A stretch of DNA of 64,000 bases from a virus. The first letter of the stretch is position 1. The number at the start of each line of letters is the position of its first letter. A program made the position numbers and the translations under genes. The stretch is from positions 14,497 to 78,496 of the IMG/VR virus record IMGVR_UViG_3300005264_000255. One strand, written 5' to 3'. The notes under the pieces were generated by a model. It was not told the origin of the DNA. It did no database searches and saw nothing but the letters and a program-made list of their open reading frames with translations. This document shows, one piece after another, positions 18,593 through 29,985 of this stretch.

Positions 18593-21511
18593 ATGGAAGA
18601 CTTTAAGAAGATAAGATATGACTATAATCATAGAACAACTAGATACACATTCTATATGAATAATATAAAGAAGTTTAAGAAAGCATTAGAAACAGTAACA
18701 GGTAAATCATTTACTAAATATTTGTTTAAGAATGAAACAACTAGTAAATTTGAGATAAGAGAATTCTTTCTTTTAGAATTACATTTTGTATTAAAGTTAA
18801 TAAAATCAGATTATCCTAGTGTAGGATTAGATATAGGTGGTATCTACCTTAATAACCTAATAGAGTTCTTAGAGACAGTAACATGGTTACGTAATAGATA
18901 TATTGTAGATACTGATAAGTTGTTTGATTTAAACCATCTAAAAAGAAATATGAAGTTCTTACCTATGAAACACCAACTAGAAGGTTTTAAGAAATATGAG
19001 GAAGTTAAAGAAATGTCTAATCTATCTGGGTTCATGTTAGATGCAGAACCTGGTACTGGTAAAGATTTAATAAATGGTACTAAAGTATTAGTACCTAATG
19101 GTAGTAGAGTCATAGAGTCATTGAAAGTAGGTGATGTTGTTATAGGTAATGATGGACTACATACTAAGGTAACTGGTGTTTATCCACAAGGTTATAAAGA
19201 ACAGATCAAACTTACGTTTAAAGATGGTAGAGAATCAATATGTGGACTAGGTCATCTATGGGAGACCATTGTTAACGATAGTACTATGTTATTAGATACC
19301 TATGAAATTATAACTCTAATGGATAACAATATGAAAGTTAGTATCCCGTTATATAAACCAGAATTAAGTATTAGTAAAATAGATGTTATACCTACCTCTT
19401 TTAAACTAGGAGTATTCATAGATGCTACTACTAAATTAAAGTCTATACATTCACCTATAGGTGATTATTTTACTTTACCATTATCTTATAGGTATAATCT
19501 ATTACAAGGTCTTCTAAGTACTACTATGATTGATTTTACTGGTAACACATTAATCTACAAGGTAAAGGATATACGTTTAGCTAAATCACTTATTGAAGTT
19601 ATACATAGTATTGGTGATATCGCTACTATGGAGAAAAACAAAGATGATTATGATTTACACATAACATCTAGAAATCTTAAAGTTTATAGAAAAGGTTACA
19701 TCCTAGATATAAATGATTTTAATAATGATTTAAACTTAGAGTTAGTTAGACATGAAAGTATCGGTAAATTTGAATCTACATGTATAAGCGTTGATAATGA
19801 AAGTAAGTTATTCGTTATAGAAGACTATCTGGTAACTCATAACACATATATGTCATTAGCCTTAAGTGAGTTATTAGATTATGAATTAGTTATCATTGTA
19901 GCACCTAAGAATACTCTACATGAGGTTTGGTTAAAGTCAGTAACCGAAACATTATATAAGAGAAAACAAACTGCTGTAGTGCTTGGTACGGACTCTAAAG
20001 AATATAATGATGAGAAGTTTATCATAACTCACTATGAGTATCTTAAGAAGTTATCCCTAGATAAGAAATTAGCTAGAAGAATAAAGAAACTAAAACCTAT
20101 GTTAATAGTAGATGAGTTCCATAACTTCAATGAGATAACCTCTGGTAGGATACAAGTCTTAAGAGACTTTGTTACATATATGAAATTTACTGATATAGCA
20201 CTACTTACGGGTACTCCTATAAAAATGAGATTAAAAGAATTAATACCTATGTTATATCTGGTAGATAATAGATTCCCTAAGGCTAGAGAAGACTTTGAGG
20301 ACTACTATGCTAATCTACAAGGAATAAAGATAGATATGATTAGGCATAGGTTTAATCTTTATAAGAAACGTATACAGAGTACTAATACGAATAAAGGTGA
20401 GATAGAAATTAAAGAGTTTAAGATATCTTTGAAAAATGGTAATGATTTTACTATGGAAGCCATATCTTCACGGATGACTGAATATAAACATACTCGTTTA
20501 TTAGAATTAGAAAGTAATATGGATTCTTATAAGATAGAATTCAATAACTTAATTACCCAAGCCAGAACAACTATGATTAATAAGGGATTACTTATTAAGG
20601 ACATAGACGCTACATTAAAAGAATATAGAACCTATGTTAAGACTATTAAGAGTTATTCTGATAAGGGTAAGTTATATCGTATATACGATATAGTAAATAA
20701 AGCTAGTACCATAGAAAAAGAATTTATAACTAAATACTTAGATGGTGGTTTTAAGAAACACTTCAGACATATAGCATCTATAGTTAAGTATCCTAAATTT
20801 AAAGTACTTGGTGAAGCTTTAGGTAAAATCCTCTTAGGGTCTAGAATAGAGTGTTATAAGGGATTAGCTGAGAATTTAGAATATAAGAACTTACTAGGTA
20901 TAACTAATAAGAAAGGTTTAGTATTTAGTAATTATGTTAGTGTTTGTGATGCAGTGATTACAAAATGCAGATTAGAAGGTTTTAATCCTATTGGTGTTTA
21001 CGGCGAGCATATGGAGAATCTTAATAGTAATGTTAAGTTATTTAATGATCTATCCACAGATGTAAATCCTATAGTAGCTACTTATAAAGGTTTAGGAACT
21101 GGTGTCCCGTTAACTTCTGCTAATGTGGTTATCCTTATAGATACAGCTTTAAGAAGTTTCACATTAGAACAGGCAATCTCTCGTTCTTATAGAATAGGTA
21201 ATAATCATAAGGTAACTTGTATTTTTATTAAATTAGATACAGGTACTGAATATAATATAACTGAAAGAGATTTATATATCGTAAACACCTCAGAATACAA
21301 CGTAGAGATGATAACTGGTAACAAACCGATATATGATATACCTAGACAGACTTTGGAGTCTCCTGATGATGATACAGATGTTATCTCTGAAGAATTAGAG
21401 GAAGAGTTAGAGGAAGTAATATCTACGACTTTACTGAATGCCAATTTAATGGATACCAATATTATAATTGATTATGTAAAAAAAATAATGAAAACAATAA
21501 AAATAATATAA
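18593..21511 (+). CDS. SF2 (SNF2/DEAD-like) helicase containing an intein
   Basis: Walker A DAEPGTGK/T split by the intein; IVDEFHN (motif II), LLTGTP (III), LGTGVPL (V), QAISRSYRIG (VI). Confidence 0.85.
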   Translation: MEDFKKIRYDYNHRTTRYTFYMNNIKKFKKALETVTGKSFTKYLFKNETTSKFEIREFFLLELHFVLKLIKSDYPSVGLDIGGIYLNNLIEFLETVTWLRNRYIVDTDKLFDLNHLKRNMKFLPMKHQLEGFKKYEEVKEMSNLSGFMLDAEPGTGKDLINGTKVLVPNGSRVIESLKVGDVVIGNDGLHTKVTGVYPQGYKEQIKLTFKDGRESICGLGHLWETIVNDSTMLLDTYEIITLMDNNMKVSIPLYKPELSISKIDVIPTSFKLGVFIDATTKLKSIHSPIGDYFTLPLSYRYNLLQGLLSTTMIDFTGNTLIYKVKDIRLAKSLIEVIHSIGDIATMEKNKDDYDLHITSRNLKVYRKGYILDINDFNNDLNLELVRHESIGKFESTCISVDNESKLFVIEDYLVTHNTYMSLALSELLDYELVIIVAPKNTLHEVWLKSVTETLYKRKQTAVVLGTDSKEYNDEKFIITHYEYLKKLSLDKKLARRIKKLKPMLIVDEFHNFNEITSGRIQVLRDFVTYMKFTDIALLTGTPIKMRLKELIPMLYLVDNRFPKAREDFEDYYANLQGIKIDMIRHRFNLYKKRIQSTNTNKGEIEIKEFKISLKNGNDFTMEAISSRMTEYKHTRLLELESNMDSYKIEFNNLITQARTTMINKGLLIKDIDATLKEYRTYVKTIKSYSDKGKLYRIYDIVNKASTIEKEFITKYLDGGFKKHFRHIASIVKYPKFKVLGEALGKILLGSRIECYKGLAENLEYKNLLGITNKKGLVFSNYVSVCDAVITKCRLEGFNPIGVYGEHMENLNSNVKLFNDLSTDVNPIVATYKGLGTGVPLTSANVVILIDTALRSFTLEQAISRSYRIGNNHKVTCIFIKLDTGTEYNITERDLYIVNTSEYNVEMITGNKPIYDIPRQTLESPDDDTDVISEELEEELEEVISTTLLNANLMDTNIIIDYVKKIMKTIKII
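19064..19843 (+). mobile_element. Class-3-type intein (260 aa) with degenerate LAGLIDADG endonuclease
   Basis: Begins DLINGTKV after GK and ends VTHN before Thr; block B HLW, block F CISVD, block G T; endonuclease remnants LGVFID, LLQGLLSTTM, LAKSLIEVIHSIG. Confidence 0.85.
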
Positions 21512-21539
21512 CTACATAGGGACATCCCTATGTAGTTAT
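21508..21539. terminator. Near-perfect palindrome between convergent genes
   Basis: ATAACTACATAGGGA-CA-TCCCTATGTAGTTAT. Confidence 0.7.
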
Positions 21540-21544
21540 TAATA

Positions 21545-22336
21545 TTATAAGTTATAGTCATATACTCCATGATTATCTAACTCTTCAATATTGAATTTTC
21601 TAATACTATATGTACCTTCTCTTATAAAAGTTAACATATAACAAATATCATCGCTATAAAGAATGTTTTCTAATTCACTATCTAATACATTAGTATCAAG
21701 AGTCTTAGTACTAATGGTTAGAGTTTCACCTAATGATAAACGGTTATCATCTAACTTAGGTAATTTTTGATTATATACGAAGTTAAACTTCTCTAAATAA
21801 GTCAGAGGTAATGCCTCTGATAGCGTAGGTTCATCATCAATACCTGTAATAGTATCCTCAAGGAAAAATGCATCTAGTTGTGCTTCAATATTATCAGAAG
21901 AGTCAAAATCAATAGCATAGTCTATCTTAAATTTCTCTAATGCAGCAGAAACATAAGGATGTGTTTCAGAATATTCTATAAGTTTTGGCATGTCTTTATC
22001 ATATTCATCTATAGTAACTCTAGTCTGTATAGGTATATTATCTCTTAGAGTTATTATAGACGCTCTATTAGCAAGTAAACGATTAGTATAGTTAGTTAAC
22101 TTGTTTTGGTAGAATTCCAATACAGCAACGGTATGGTCCTTAGATAGTTCAGGTATCTGTTTATCTGCATCTACGATTACTTGTTCCTTATCGATATAAG
22201 CAACATCATAGTTACCTCTATGGATATATTTAGAACTAACATAACAACATACTTCACTTACTACAGTGCTCTTATTTAAAATAGCTAATCTATCTTGGTT
22301 GTTTTTAATGTCAATTATACTTCTGATTAATCTCAT
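21545..22336 (-). CDS. Hypothetical protein
   Basis: 263 aa ORF with AAGGA RBS. Confidence 0.7.
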   Translation of the reverse strand: MRLIRSIIDIKNNQDRLAILNKSTVVSEVCCYVSSKYIHRGNYDVAYIDKEQVIVDADKQIPELSKDHTVAVLEFYQNKLTNYTNRLLANRASIITLRDNIPIQTRVTIDEYDKDMPKLIEYSETHPYVSAALEKFKIDYAIDFDSSDNIEAQLDAFFLEDTITGIDDEPTLSEALPLTYLEKFNFVYNQKLPKLDDNRLSLGETLTISTKTLDTNVLDSELENILYSDDICYMLTFIREGTYSIRKFNIEELDNHGVYDYNL

Positions 22337-22339
22337 GGT

Positions 22340-23083
22340 CTATCCTTTTATTTTTAAAATTCTATAAGTTTTATTTTGGTCATTAACGACTAACTCTAGT
22401 GACTCATTTTGATTACCAATATATGGTAATAATGGTAGTCCTGTATCATCTGAGTATTCAGCTAGATTAATTACGGCTGGTGTATCCATTATAGGCGTTA
22501 TAGTTTCCGCCATAGGTTGTACTGAGTTTCTATTTGTTTTTTCAGGATGAATAGATTTACGAGTACTACCTAATTCTGAGGTTGGACCATTAATGAATAT
22601 CTCACTACTGTTACCCTGTGGGTTAAATGGATTACCACTACTATTTAATCCAGGGATAGTAACTCCACTAGTATTACCAATTTGAACACCCATAGGCTGT
22701 TGTTGCATATTATTGTTATTATACATAGGGTTGACGTTACCTATATTTTGTCGCATACCTGGTTGTTGTATCGGATTACCATTTTGATCTATCTGATAAA
22801 ACTGAATATTATCATGCATATATAAGTTACCCTGACCATCTTGCCATACATCTGGATTACCCATATTGTTTTTACGAATAGGAGTTAATCCATTGTTATT
22901 TTGCTGTTGCGTATATTGTTGTGTATTTTGGTACATACCTTGTTGCCTTTTTATAGGATTACCGTTTTGATCTATCTCAATTAGGTTACCCGAATTATCC
23001 TTAGCGTATAAACAGTTATTGCCATCCTGCCATACATTAGGGTTGTTAAAGTTATCGTAATTTACTGGTCTCATGCCATTCAT
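22340..23083 (-). CDS. Q/N-rich low-complexity protein with a duplicated ~30-aa module
   Basis: NPNVWQDGNNCLY...IDQNGNPI and NPDVWQDGQGNLY...IDQNGNPI. Confidence 0.7.
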   Translation of the reverse strand: MNGMRPVNYDNFNNPNVWQDGNNCLYAKDNSGNLIEIDQNGNPIKRQQGMYQNTQQYTQQQNNNGLTPIRKNNMGNPDVWQDGQGNLYMHDNIQFYQIDQNGNPIQQPGMRQNIGNVNPMYNNNNMQQQPMGVQIGNTSGVTIPGLNSSGNPFNPQGNSSEIFINGPTSELGSTRKSIHPEKTNRNSVQPMAETITPIMDTPAVINLAEYSDDTGLPLLPYIGNQNESLELVVNDQNKTYRILKIKG

Positions 23084-25505
23084 GTATATTCCTTGTATTT
23101 ATTTTTTTGCAAAAAAATAGAGCCGTCGTTGTCATTAGGTTCTTCTTCCATAACAGCGTCTTCATCTGTTTCAGTATCTAATGTATCATCATCATCAACA
23201 ACTTCCTCCTCTATATTATTTATCTTTTCAATCTTCTCATCAAGTTCCTTTTTAATCTTATTATTATTCTTTAAGAATGGTATTGCAAGTACTCCAAGGT
23301 TTTCTATAAAGTAATTAAATTCTTCCAATAAAGTATCATTAGGCTTACCATCTTCGTCATGCATAAACATATTAGTAAAGTCAGGCAGTAGATTATTTTC
23401 ATCTACAAACTTTCGTAGTAATATTGCTTTAAATGCATTTTTAATATTATCTATATTATCACCTAGAATACCAGCATTTTCATTAGTTATAAAATCAGTA
23501 GTAAATAACTTATCTAAAATGATATCTAACATATCAGTATAGTTTTCTACCATAGCAGTAGATCTATCCTCCTCTACCTCTTGTAGTGTAGGTAAGCTTA
23601 CTTTAACATGTTTCATTACAATTTTACTTACATTAGTCACTAGTGCTTCATCAGTAATACTCTTTAATACGGCATTATTAACATTCCTATCGTTTTTAAT
23701 AAGGAATTTTCTAATCTTCTTTATGTTATTTAAAGTAATACCCTCTATAACACTAATAAGTTTTTTATCTACTAACATCTTCTTAGTAAGGTCTCTAACA
23801 ATTAATTTATTAAAACCTTTCTGTAATTTCAGGATACGCTTATTCAACAGAGCTCTATTGTTTTATTGTTTTTAACTGTTGTAGCTAACTCAGGTCCTTT
23901 TGTTTCATCTAACAATTCAGGTGTTACATATAGTGTTCTATAAATCTGTTTATCAATATCCTCGATTAGCTGAGTATCTACAGGATTAATCTCATTCTTT
24001 TTTTCTTCAATTTCAACATTAACATCAGGTAAGTTAGGATGTTTAGCTTCTACAGCAAATCCAAGACTATGAGCCCAATCTACGAAACTATTAACATCTA
24101 ACATACCTACAGGTAAACCAATCTTACGATTGTTCATCACGTTAGTAACTATCTTTCTTAAGTTTTGTTTATAGTTAGCATCATCAGGATCTAAATCTAT
24201 CTTGATGTTAGTTGTACTTATACTACTTTTAACATATGCTAGTAAATTTGTAAACATTAATATAGATCTAATACTAACCAAAGTAGTAACCTTTTCAAGT
24301 AACGACTTCCCAGTACCATTAGGTCTAAAGTTAATAGCATAGTAACTAACCATTTCAGCAGGTACATATATCACGTTTAGTTTACTCTTATCCAGTATCT
24401 TATCACTTATAGCTAATAAAAGATTATCATCAATTTCATATGTAGCATCTAAGGTATTTATGCCATGCTCATTTGTAATAAATTTATCAATATCTTCTTT
24501 TATTATAGTATTTCTTAGACCCTCTAAGTTTTTTAGCTTAGGTATAAGAGCGTTTTCATTTTGGTATTTTTTACGTATTTGAGTAAGTATATCTTTATTG
24601 GCATCCATAGCATCATCAATACCACTACCATGTAATCTATTAGGTGAGATATTACTACCATTTAAGTTACTACCATCTTCATTAAGTATTATAAAATAAC
24701 CGTAATGTACCTTAACATCAGACTTGGATGTAATAGGGACTACTGTACTAGTATCAAGTTTCTTAATAATAGTTTTTGATACATCATTGTTAAAATCAAG
24801 GATATCTTCATTATTATCATTTTTCTTACCATTAAATAAAGCTTTCTCTAGGGCTATTGTTACCTTAGATAGGTCATTGTGTTTATATACCTTTTTTTCC
24901 ATACCAGTACGAATGAATTTCTTCTTAACATCAATGTCAATGAGTTTATTTAAATTATTAGTAACAGTGACATTAGTATGTGTATTATTAACAGAGTTTG
25001 TTCCATTTATATTACCTCGTTTAAGATACATAGAATTTTCCGTACCACTGGCAATTTTCTTACCCCTATCCATTATACCTTCTAAATATTCTTGAGTTAA
25101 GTTTAACTCAGCATATGAACCTCTAGTATATAAGGTTTCTGTAACGATCTCACTTAGTTTTTCAACTATTCCATATTCGTTAACAGCATGTTCTTCAATG
25201 ACACTGATATAACTATTAACAATATCCGAAGGTAGTGTTGTAATTGATAATTCAAAAAATAATGATTCTGTCTCCATATCATTGGGTGTTAAAATAAGTG
25301 AAGTTATGGTTTCCATAATTAATTCAAGTTCTGGATATAACTCAATCATATCATCAACAGTTTTACATATATCACTACTATATTTACTTACAGCCGATGC
25401 CTCTCTATAATCCATCATTACGTCAGTATCAGGGAAGTTAGTCTTCGCCTTATCCATGAATCTACTCTTCTTTACATTGGGTTTTTTTATATCCGATTTA
25501 CTCAT
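23080..25505 (-). CDS. Portal protein (phiKZ gp129-like), frameshifted by an 8-bp tandem duplication
   Basis: LYPELE...SLILTPND, H.GYFIIL.EDG, Y.A..F...GTG.SLL and LDPDD motifs. Removing one ATTGTTTT copy (23857-23872) fuses the two ORFs: ATTVKNNRALLNKR. Confidence 0.65.
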
Positions 25506-25557
25506 TTTTTAATTCCTTTTTCATTTTTTTGATTACATAATTACCAATGGAGTACAA

Positions 25558-28500
25558 ATGATAACTTTAACAACATACTATAAGAATATTCTAAACTTTA
25601 TAAATAGTTTAACCATCAAAATAGATGATATTCAAATACATCAAAACTATCAGACCTATGTTAAGTATAATAGGATGGTACCTGAACAGAGTGACTCTAA
25701 GTATTATCAGAATATTTGTGGTATTAAAAATATAAATGACTATACAGTTTATATTAATGCATATGAGAATATTGAGTTAACACGAGAGTATCTTAACAAT
25801 GATTACCTACTTAAGGAGAGATTACGATTATTTAGTACAGACTTTAATACTCTATGTCTAAACAATCCAGGGATGACAGATTATATTAGGGGATGTCTGT
25901 CTGACAATGAAATGTCAGATGTTCTTGATGCACCTAACTATACTATCCTAGATTATGATAAAACTTTTTTACTTAGTAACGAACTAAGTATCATATCTGA
26001 ACTAAACATATACATTAAACAATATATGTCCAGATTCCATAATGTTAAGTATATCACTGAAGAGTTATATATGCCTTCTTTATTATCAGGACTATATAAC
26101 GCTTTATTCCTAAAAGTAATTTCATTAAAGGTTAAAAACATACTTTCATATAAAACTGACGCCTATCATAGGGAAGTATTCTTTAAGTCATATAAGAGTT
26201 TAAATAATGAAATGGACCTATTTAATTTAGAAACAAATATTTGGGTATATGGTAACCTAAAAAGAATGAAGAAAAACATAGGTAAGAATAATATACTAGA
26301 TAATATACTACTAACTATATTTGATAACAATAGTATAGGTGTTAATAATATTAGATATGTATCTGATTTACCAACACTAATAACTAATAACCTAGAGAAG
26401 TATAATAAAGAGTATTATAAGAATAACTATACCCTTCTAAGTATAGATGCTAACTTAAGTGGTTACAGTAAAAGTAATACTAATTATCCTTTAGAGAAAC
26501 TAGAGAGTCTTCTTTATGAGAATGAGTTAGTTGGTAACGTTACTAGTGATTTAATCATAGACGAGATGGATGAGATTCTAGCTGATAAGAGTCCTACGAC
26601 TGAGAACGCTAGTAAGTTATTTATATTAGATACACCAGAAAAACTTAATACGTATTATTATAATAGTCTAATACTAGCTATAAGTAACTTTATCAATATC
26701 AAAGATAAGAATATGTTTACATTTACTTTAGATTATCGTAATACGGTAGACTCTAAGATATATAAATTAGACATGATTGATGTAGAGAATATTATCATCT
26801 ATACTTTAGCTAAGTATTACAAGATGACTAGTAATGAATTTACTATTAAATTTCCAGGAGTTTATGATAACCCTAATAAAGAAGTCTTAATGAAAAAGAC
26901 TTGGTATAAAGATAAGTTAACACCTATCGTGGACTACATTATGAATGCTAAGGATCTAAATTTAAATATTTATAATAGAGAAACTATGAGACGTAAGTTT
27001 AAGAGTATCAGAGAGATAGATACTAAAACTTGGTATGTTTTATCAAACATAGTAGATAATGTTGCTAAGACAGATATAAATTACTTATACAGTGGTCTTT
27101 TAGTTAATAAAGAGATTACATATGACATGTCAGTTATAGATGAATATCTTGGTGATAAAGATTTATATAGACTAATAGATTCAAATAGTTTGGATATTGT
27201 AACTGAGTTATTATGTGAAATAACAGGAATACCTGTAGACCATGACAGTCTTATTATAGATAAATTTAAAAAGACTATTAGGTTTTTTAATAAGGTAACA
27301 TCTTATACCATAGATTTATTATTAGATGATTCATTTACCAGAACAGATGTTGATAATAATACGTTAACAAATAACTTAAATCTTAGTTATAAGTCATTGA
27401 TGGAAGTTAGGGATATTAATTGTAAGTTTTATGAGGATTTAAAATTCTGTATACGAGATACTAATTTCTTAGATTACGATATTAGACAAGTAAGAGACAG
27501 TCATATTCATAATACCAATGAATATACAGAACTACCTTGTGTATTAGATTATGATAGAGTATATACGATACCTATGTTAACAGGAAAGTTTTCTCGTACT
27601 ATGGGTAAAAAGTATACATTAAATATTGATGAGAATGTTTTTAGTGACCGTGGTATTGGTTATTATAATAGTGACCAATTAGCTAATACTAATGAACATA
27701 TAGACTACTCTCCAGTTGTTCAATTTGGTTCAAGTCCTATGACACCTATTAATGTAACGACTAAGACTAACATAGATGTACATCCTAAGAAATATAAATT
27801 AGAATATACTAATATAGAGAAGATAACAGATCATCTTCATGGTGTCGATATATTAGATACTGATAAGAACAATATCTTTAATATAGGTAGTACAGATAAA
27901 TCTAGTTTAAATACACAGTCAGCTATATCCCTATTAACTATAAATGCTAAGCATAAAACATTTATAAATAATCACTATATAAATGGTTTAAAATATACTG
28001 TCCCTATAGGTAAGGAACTAGAATACTTTGAGAATAGGAATCTATTGGAGATTAATCCTCATATGGAGAATATACCATTACGACAGATAGGTACCCCTTC
28101 TGTATCACAATTTAGCATAGTTACTGATACAGGTACGAGATTTACAACAACACCATATAAGTTAGCCTATATTAATATAAAACGTATCATAGATAATTTA
28201 TCTGGTATACATATGGTTGATATTAATAAGAATAGTATCTTTAATACAGGTAGTGTGGATAACTTTAGCTTAAGTACACAATCACCTATGTCGTTAATAT
28301 CTGTAAAAACTAAACAGAAGATATTTAACAATCACTATATAACTGGAATGCAAAGTGGTACATATACAGAGACAGGTATAACAGACGTTGATACTGTTAC
28401 TAGTAATGTATTTACAGATAAAACAGATAGTATTTCTCTTAGTAGTATTCCTGAAATAGGTAGTATTCCTATAAGTAGTAATATTAAAGAATATCCCGAT

Positions 28501-28569
28501 AGTTTTGAAGATGTGGATTTTGAGATAACCAGTGATGATGACATCGTTATTGATATAGTAAGTAATTAA
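25558..28569 (+). CDS. Large virion structural protein (phiKZ gp128-like) with a C-terminal internal duplication
   Basis: 1003 aa; KYYQNICG, YIRGC and VYGNL..M.KNIGKN motifs; divergent from the portal gene. Confidence 0.6.
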   Translation: MITLTTYYKNILNFINSLTIKIDDIQIHQNYQTYVKYNRMVPEQSDSKYYQNICGIKNINDYTVYINAYENIELTREYLNNDYLLKERLRLFSTDFNTLCLNNPGMTDYIRGCLSDNEMSDVLDAPNYTILDYDKTFLLSNELSIISELNIYIKQYMSRFHNVKYITEELYMPSLLSGLYNALFLKVISLKVKNILSYKTDAYHREVFFKSYKSLNNEMDLFNLETNIWVYGNLKRMKKNIGKNNILDNILLTIFDNNSIGVNNIRYVSDLPTLITNNLEKYNKEYYKNNYTLLSIDANLSGYSKSNTNYPLEKLESLLYENELVGNVTSDLIIDEMDEILADKSPTTENASKLFILDTPEKLNTYYYNSLILAISNFINIKDKNMFTFTLDYRNTVDSKIYKLDMIDVENIIIYTLAKYYKMTSNEFTIKFPGVYDNPNKEVLMKKTWYKDKLTPIVDYIMNAKDLNLNIYNRETMRRKFKSIREIDTKTWYVLSNIVDNVAKTDINYLYSGLLVNKEITYDMSVIDEYLGDKDLYRLIDSNSLDIVTELLCEITGIPVDHDSLIIDKFKKTIRFFNKVTSYTIDLLLDDSFTRTDVDNNTLTNNLNLSYKSLMEVRDINCKFYEDLKFCIRDTNFLDYDIRQVRDSHIHNTNEYTELPCVLDYDRVYTIPMLTGKFSRTMGKKYTLNIDENVFSDRGIGYYNSDQLANTNEHIDYSPVVQFGSSPMTPINVTTKTNIDVHPKKYKLEYTNIEKITDHLHGVDILDTDKNNIFNIGSTDKSSLNTQSAISLLTINAKHKTFINNHYINGLKYTVPIGKELEYFENRNLLEINPHMENIPLRQIGTPSVSQFSIVTDTGTRFTTTPYKLAYINIKRIIDNLSGIHMVDINKNSIFNTGSVDNFSLSTQSPMSLISVKTKQKIFNNHYITGMQSGTYTETGITDVDTVTSNVFTDKTDSISLSSIPEIGSIPISSNIKEYPDSFEDVDFEITSDDDIVIDIVSN

Positions 28570-28578
28570 TCTTAAATA

Positions 28579-28611
28579 TATAACTATACAGGCAACGCCT
28601 GTATAGTTATA
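28579..28611. terminator. 15-bp-stem hairpin between convergent genes
   Basis: TATAACTATACAGGC-AAC-GCCTGTATAGTTATA. Confidence 0.7.
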
Positions 28612-29263
28612 AGTCAATTTTTAAATGCATTGCGTTAAAGTATGCTTTTAGTGTATTAGTCGTTCTAGTAGGTTTAGCATATTTCAGTATAGTCTCTGTA
28701 TCAATAGTACCATACTTTTTAATACCAGATATCATTAAGTTACTGGTATCAGCATCAGCACGAAGTTGATTCATCTCTATAGCTGCTTCAGATAAGTCCA
28801 TACTGACCAATAATTGTAACTCACTATTACTCATCTTACTGGATCTACTGTCACCACTAACCTGCCCAGTAATACTATCTGTACTTTTATTGTTTTCAGC
28901 AACAGAAACACCTTTATCTACAGTCTGTTTTGTTCTTCTAAAAGGTAAAATATAAATAGCATTCTTGTTAAGTGTTTTTCTAGTAGGACCATCTACAGTT
29001 TCTCTATATAGATGTTGTGTTAACGGTCTTCCAAACCTCTTTAATAGTTTTAGATTATTCTCAACACTTATATTAGATATCTTAGCATCTACAGGAACTA
29101 TTACATTTAATATATTATCTTCTAAATTTAACATAAAAGAATCGAACTCTTTATTATTCATGCGTTTAAACATATTAGTATAGAGTTCTATGTTAATCTT
29201 ATCAGCCTTCATATCACCGATAGTCTTTAAAATCTCTTTCTCAATATCTCCTCTTTTACTCAT
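28607..29263 (-). CDS. Virion RNA polymerase beta C-terminal subunit (phiKZ gp149-like)
   Basis: LPFRRTKQ..K..SV......D.ITGQVSGDSRSSKMSNSE, equivalent to the RpoB C-terminal TQQP.GG...GEME region; C-terminal AMHL. Confidence 0.75.
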   Translation of the reverse strand: MSKRGDIEKEILKTIGDMKADKINIELYTNMFKRMNNKEFDSFMLNLEDNILNVIVPVDAKISNISVENNLKLLKRFGRPLTQHLYRETVDGPTRKTLNKNAIYILPFRRTKQTVDKGVSVAENNKSTDSITGQVSGDSRSSKMSNSELQLLVSMDLSEAAIEMNQLRADADTSNLMISGIKKYGTIDTETILKYAKPTRTTNTLKAYFNAMHLKIDL

Positions 29264-29267
29264 ATTG

Positions 29268-29984
29268 TTATCCTAATGGAATATATATCACATCTTTATT
29301 AACACTACCAACATAGGTTAGTTCTTTACTTTTATCGCTGTTATTAATGATTGTCCATAATTTAGGTATATCTAAACCACTCCAGTTAATATCAGCTGTT
29401 TTAATAGCCAAAACATCAAGTACCTTTACATCGTGTCTTAACTGCTTAGTCGGACCGACAGCTGTGTTAAGTTGGTCAGATAAATTTGCCATACCTAATC
29501 CAGTAATATCTAATGTGATTCTTTTAATAGTTTTCCCTATAAGACTCTTAGCTACTATAATATCATTTTCGACTTGTGTCTCTGGAAATGTTAAATTACT
29601 CACATACTTATCTGTATATCTAATAGAGTCATATATTACTATATCACTTACTAATGTTTTACGGATAAAGTCATCAGCATCAATATCTTCTATCATAGGG
29701 AGATTAACCAATTGATTAGTTAAAGAATCAAAGAAGATTACATTATTAAAACCTTGACTATTCAATGATTTACATATATATGTTAAGTTAGTCTTAGCAA
29801 TATTAGTATCCACTACATTATTTATAATATCCTCTATAACTATATCTGTAGTCTGTATTAATGAATTTTCAATGAACTTAGGAGTAAGAGTCAATATTGG
29901 TAGAAACTTTTCCTTATTAACCTTGATTACACAATTCTCTTCAGAATTAATTGTGTTTACTATTTTATAAACCTTGTTACTCAT
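29268..29984 (-). CDS. Hypothetical protein
   Basis: 238 aa ORF in operon. Confidence 0.7.
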   Translation of the reverse strand: MSNKVYKIVNTINSEENCVIKVNKEKFLPILTLTPKFIENSLIQTTDIVIEDIINNVVDTNIAKTNLTYICKSLNSQGFNNVIFFDSLTNQLVNLPMIEDIDADDFIRKTLVSDIVIYDSIRYTDKYVSNLTFPETQVENDIIVAKSLIGKTIKRITLDITGLGMANLSDQLNTAVGPTKQLRHDVKVLDVLAIKTADINWSGLDIPKLWTIINNSDKSKELTYVGSVNKDVIYIPLG

Positions 29985-29985
29985 T

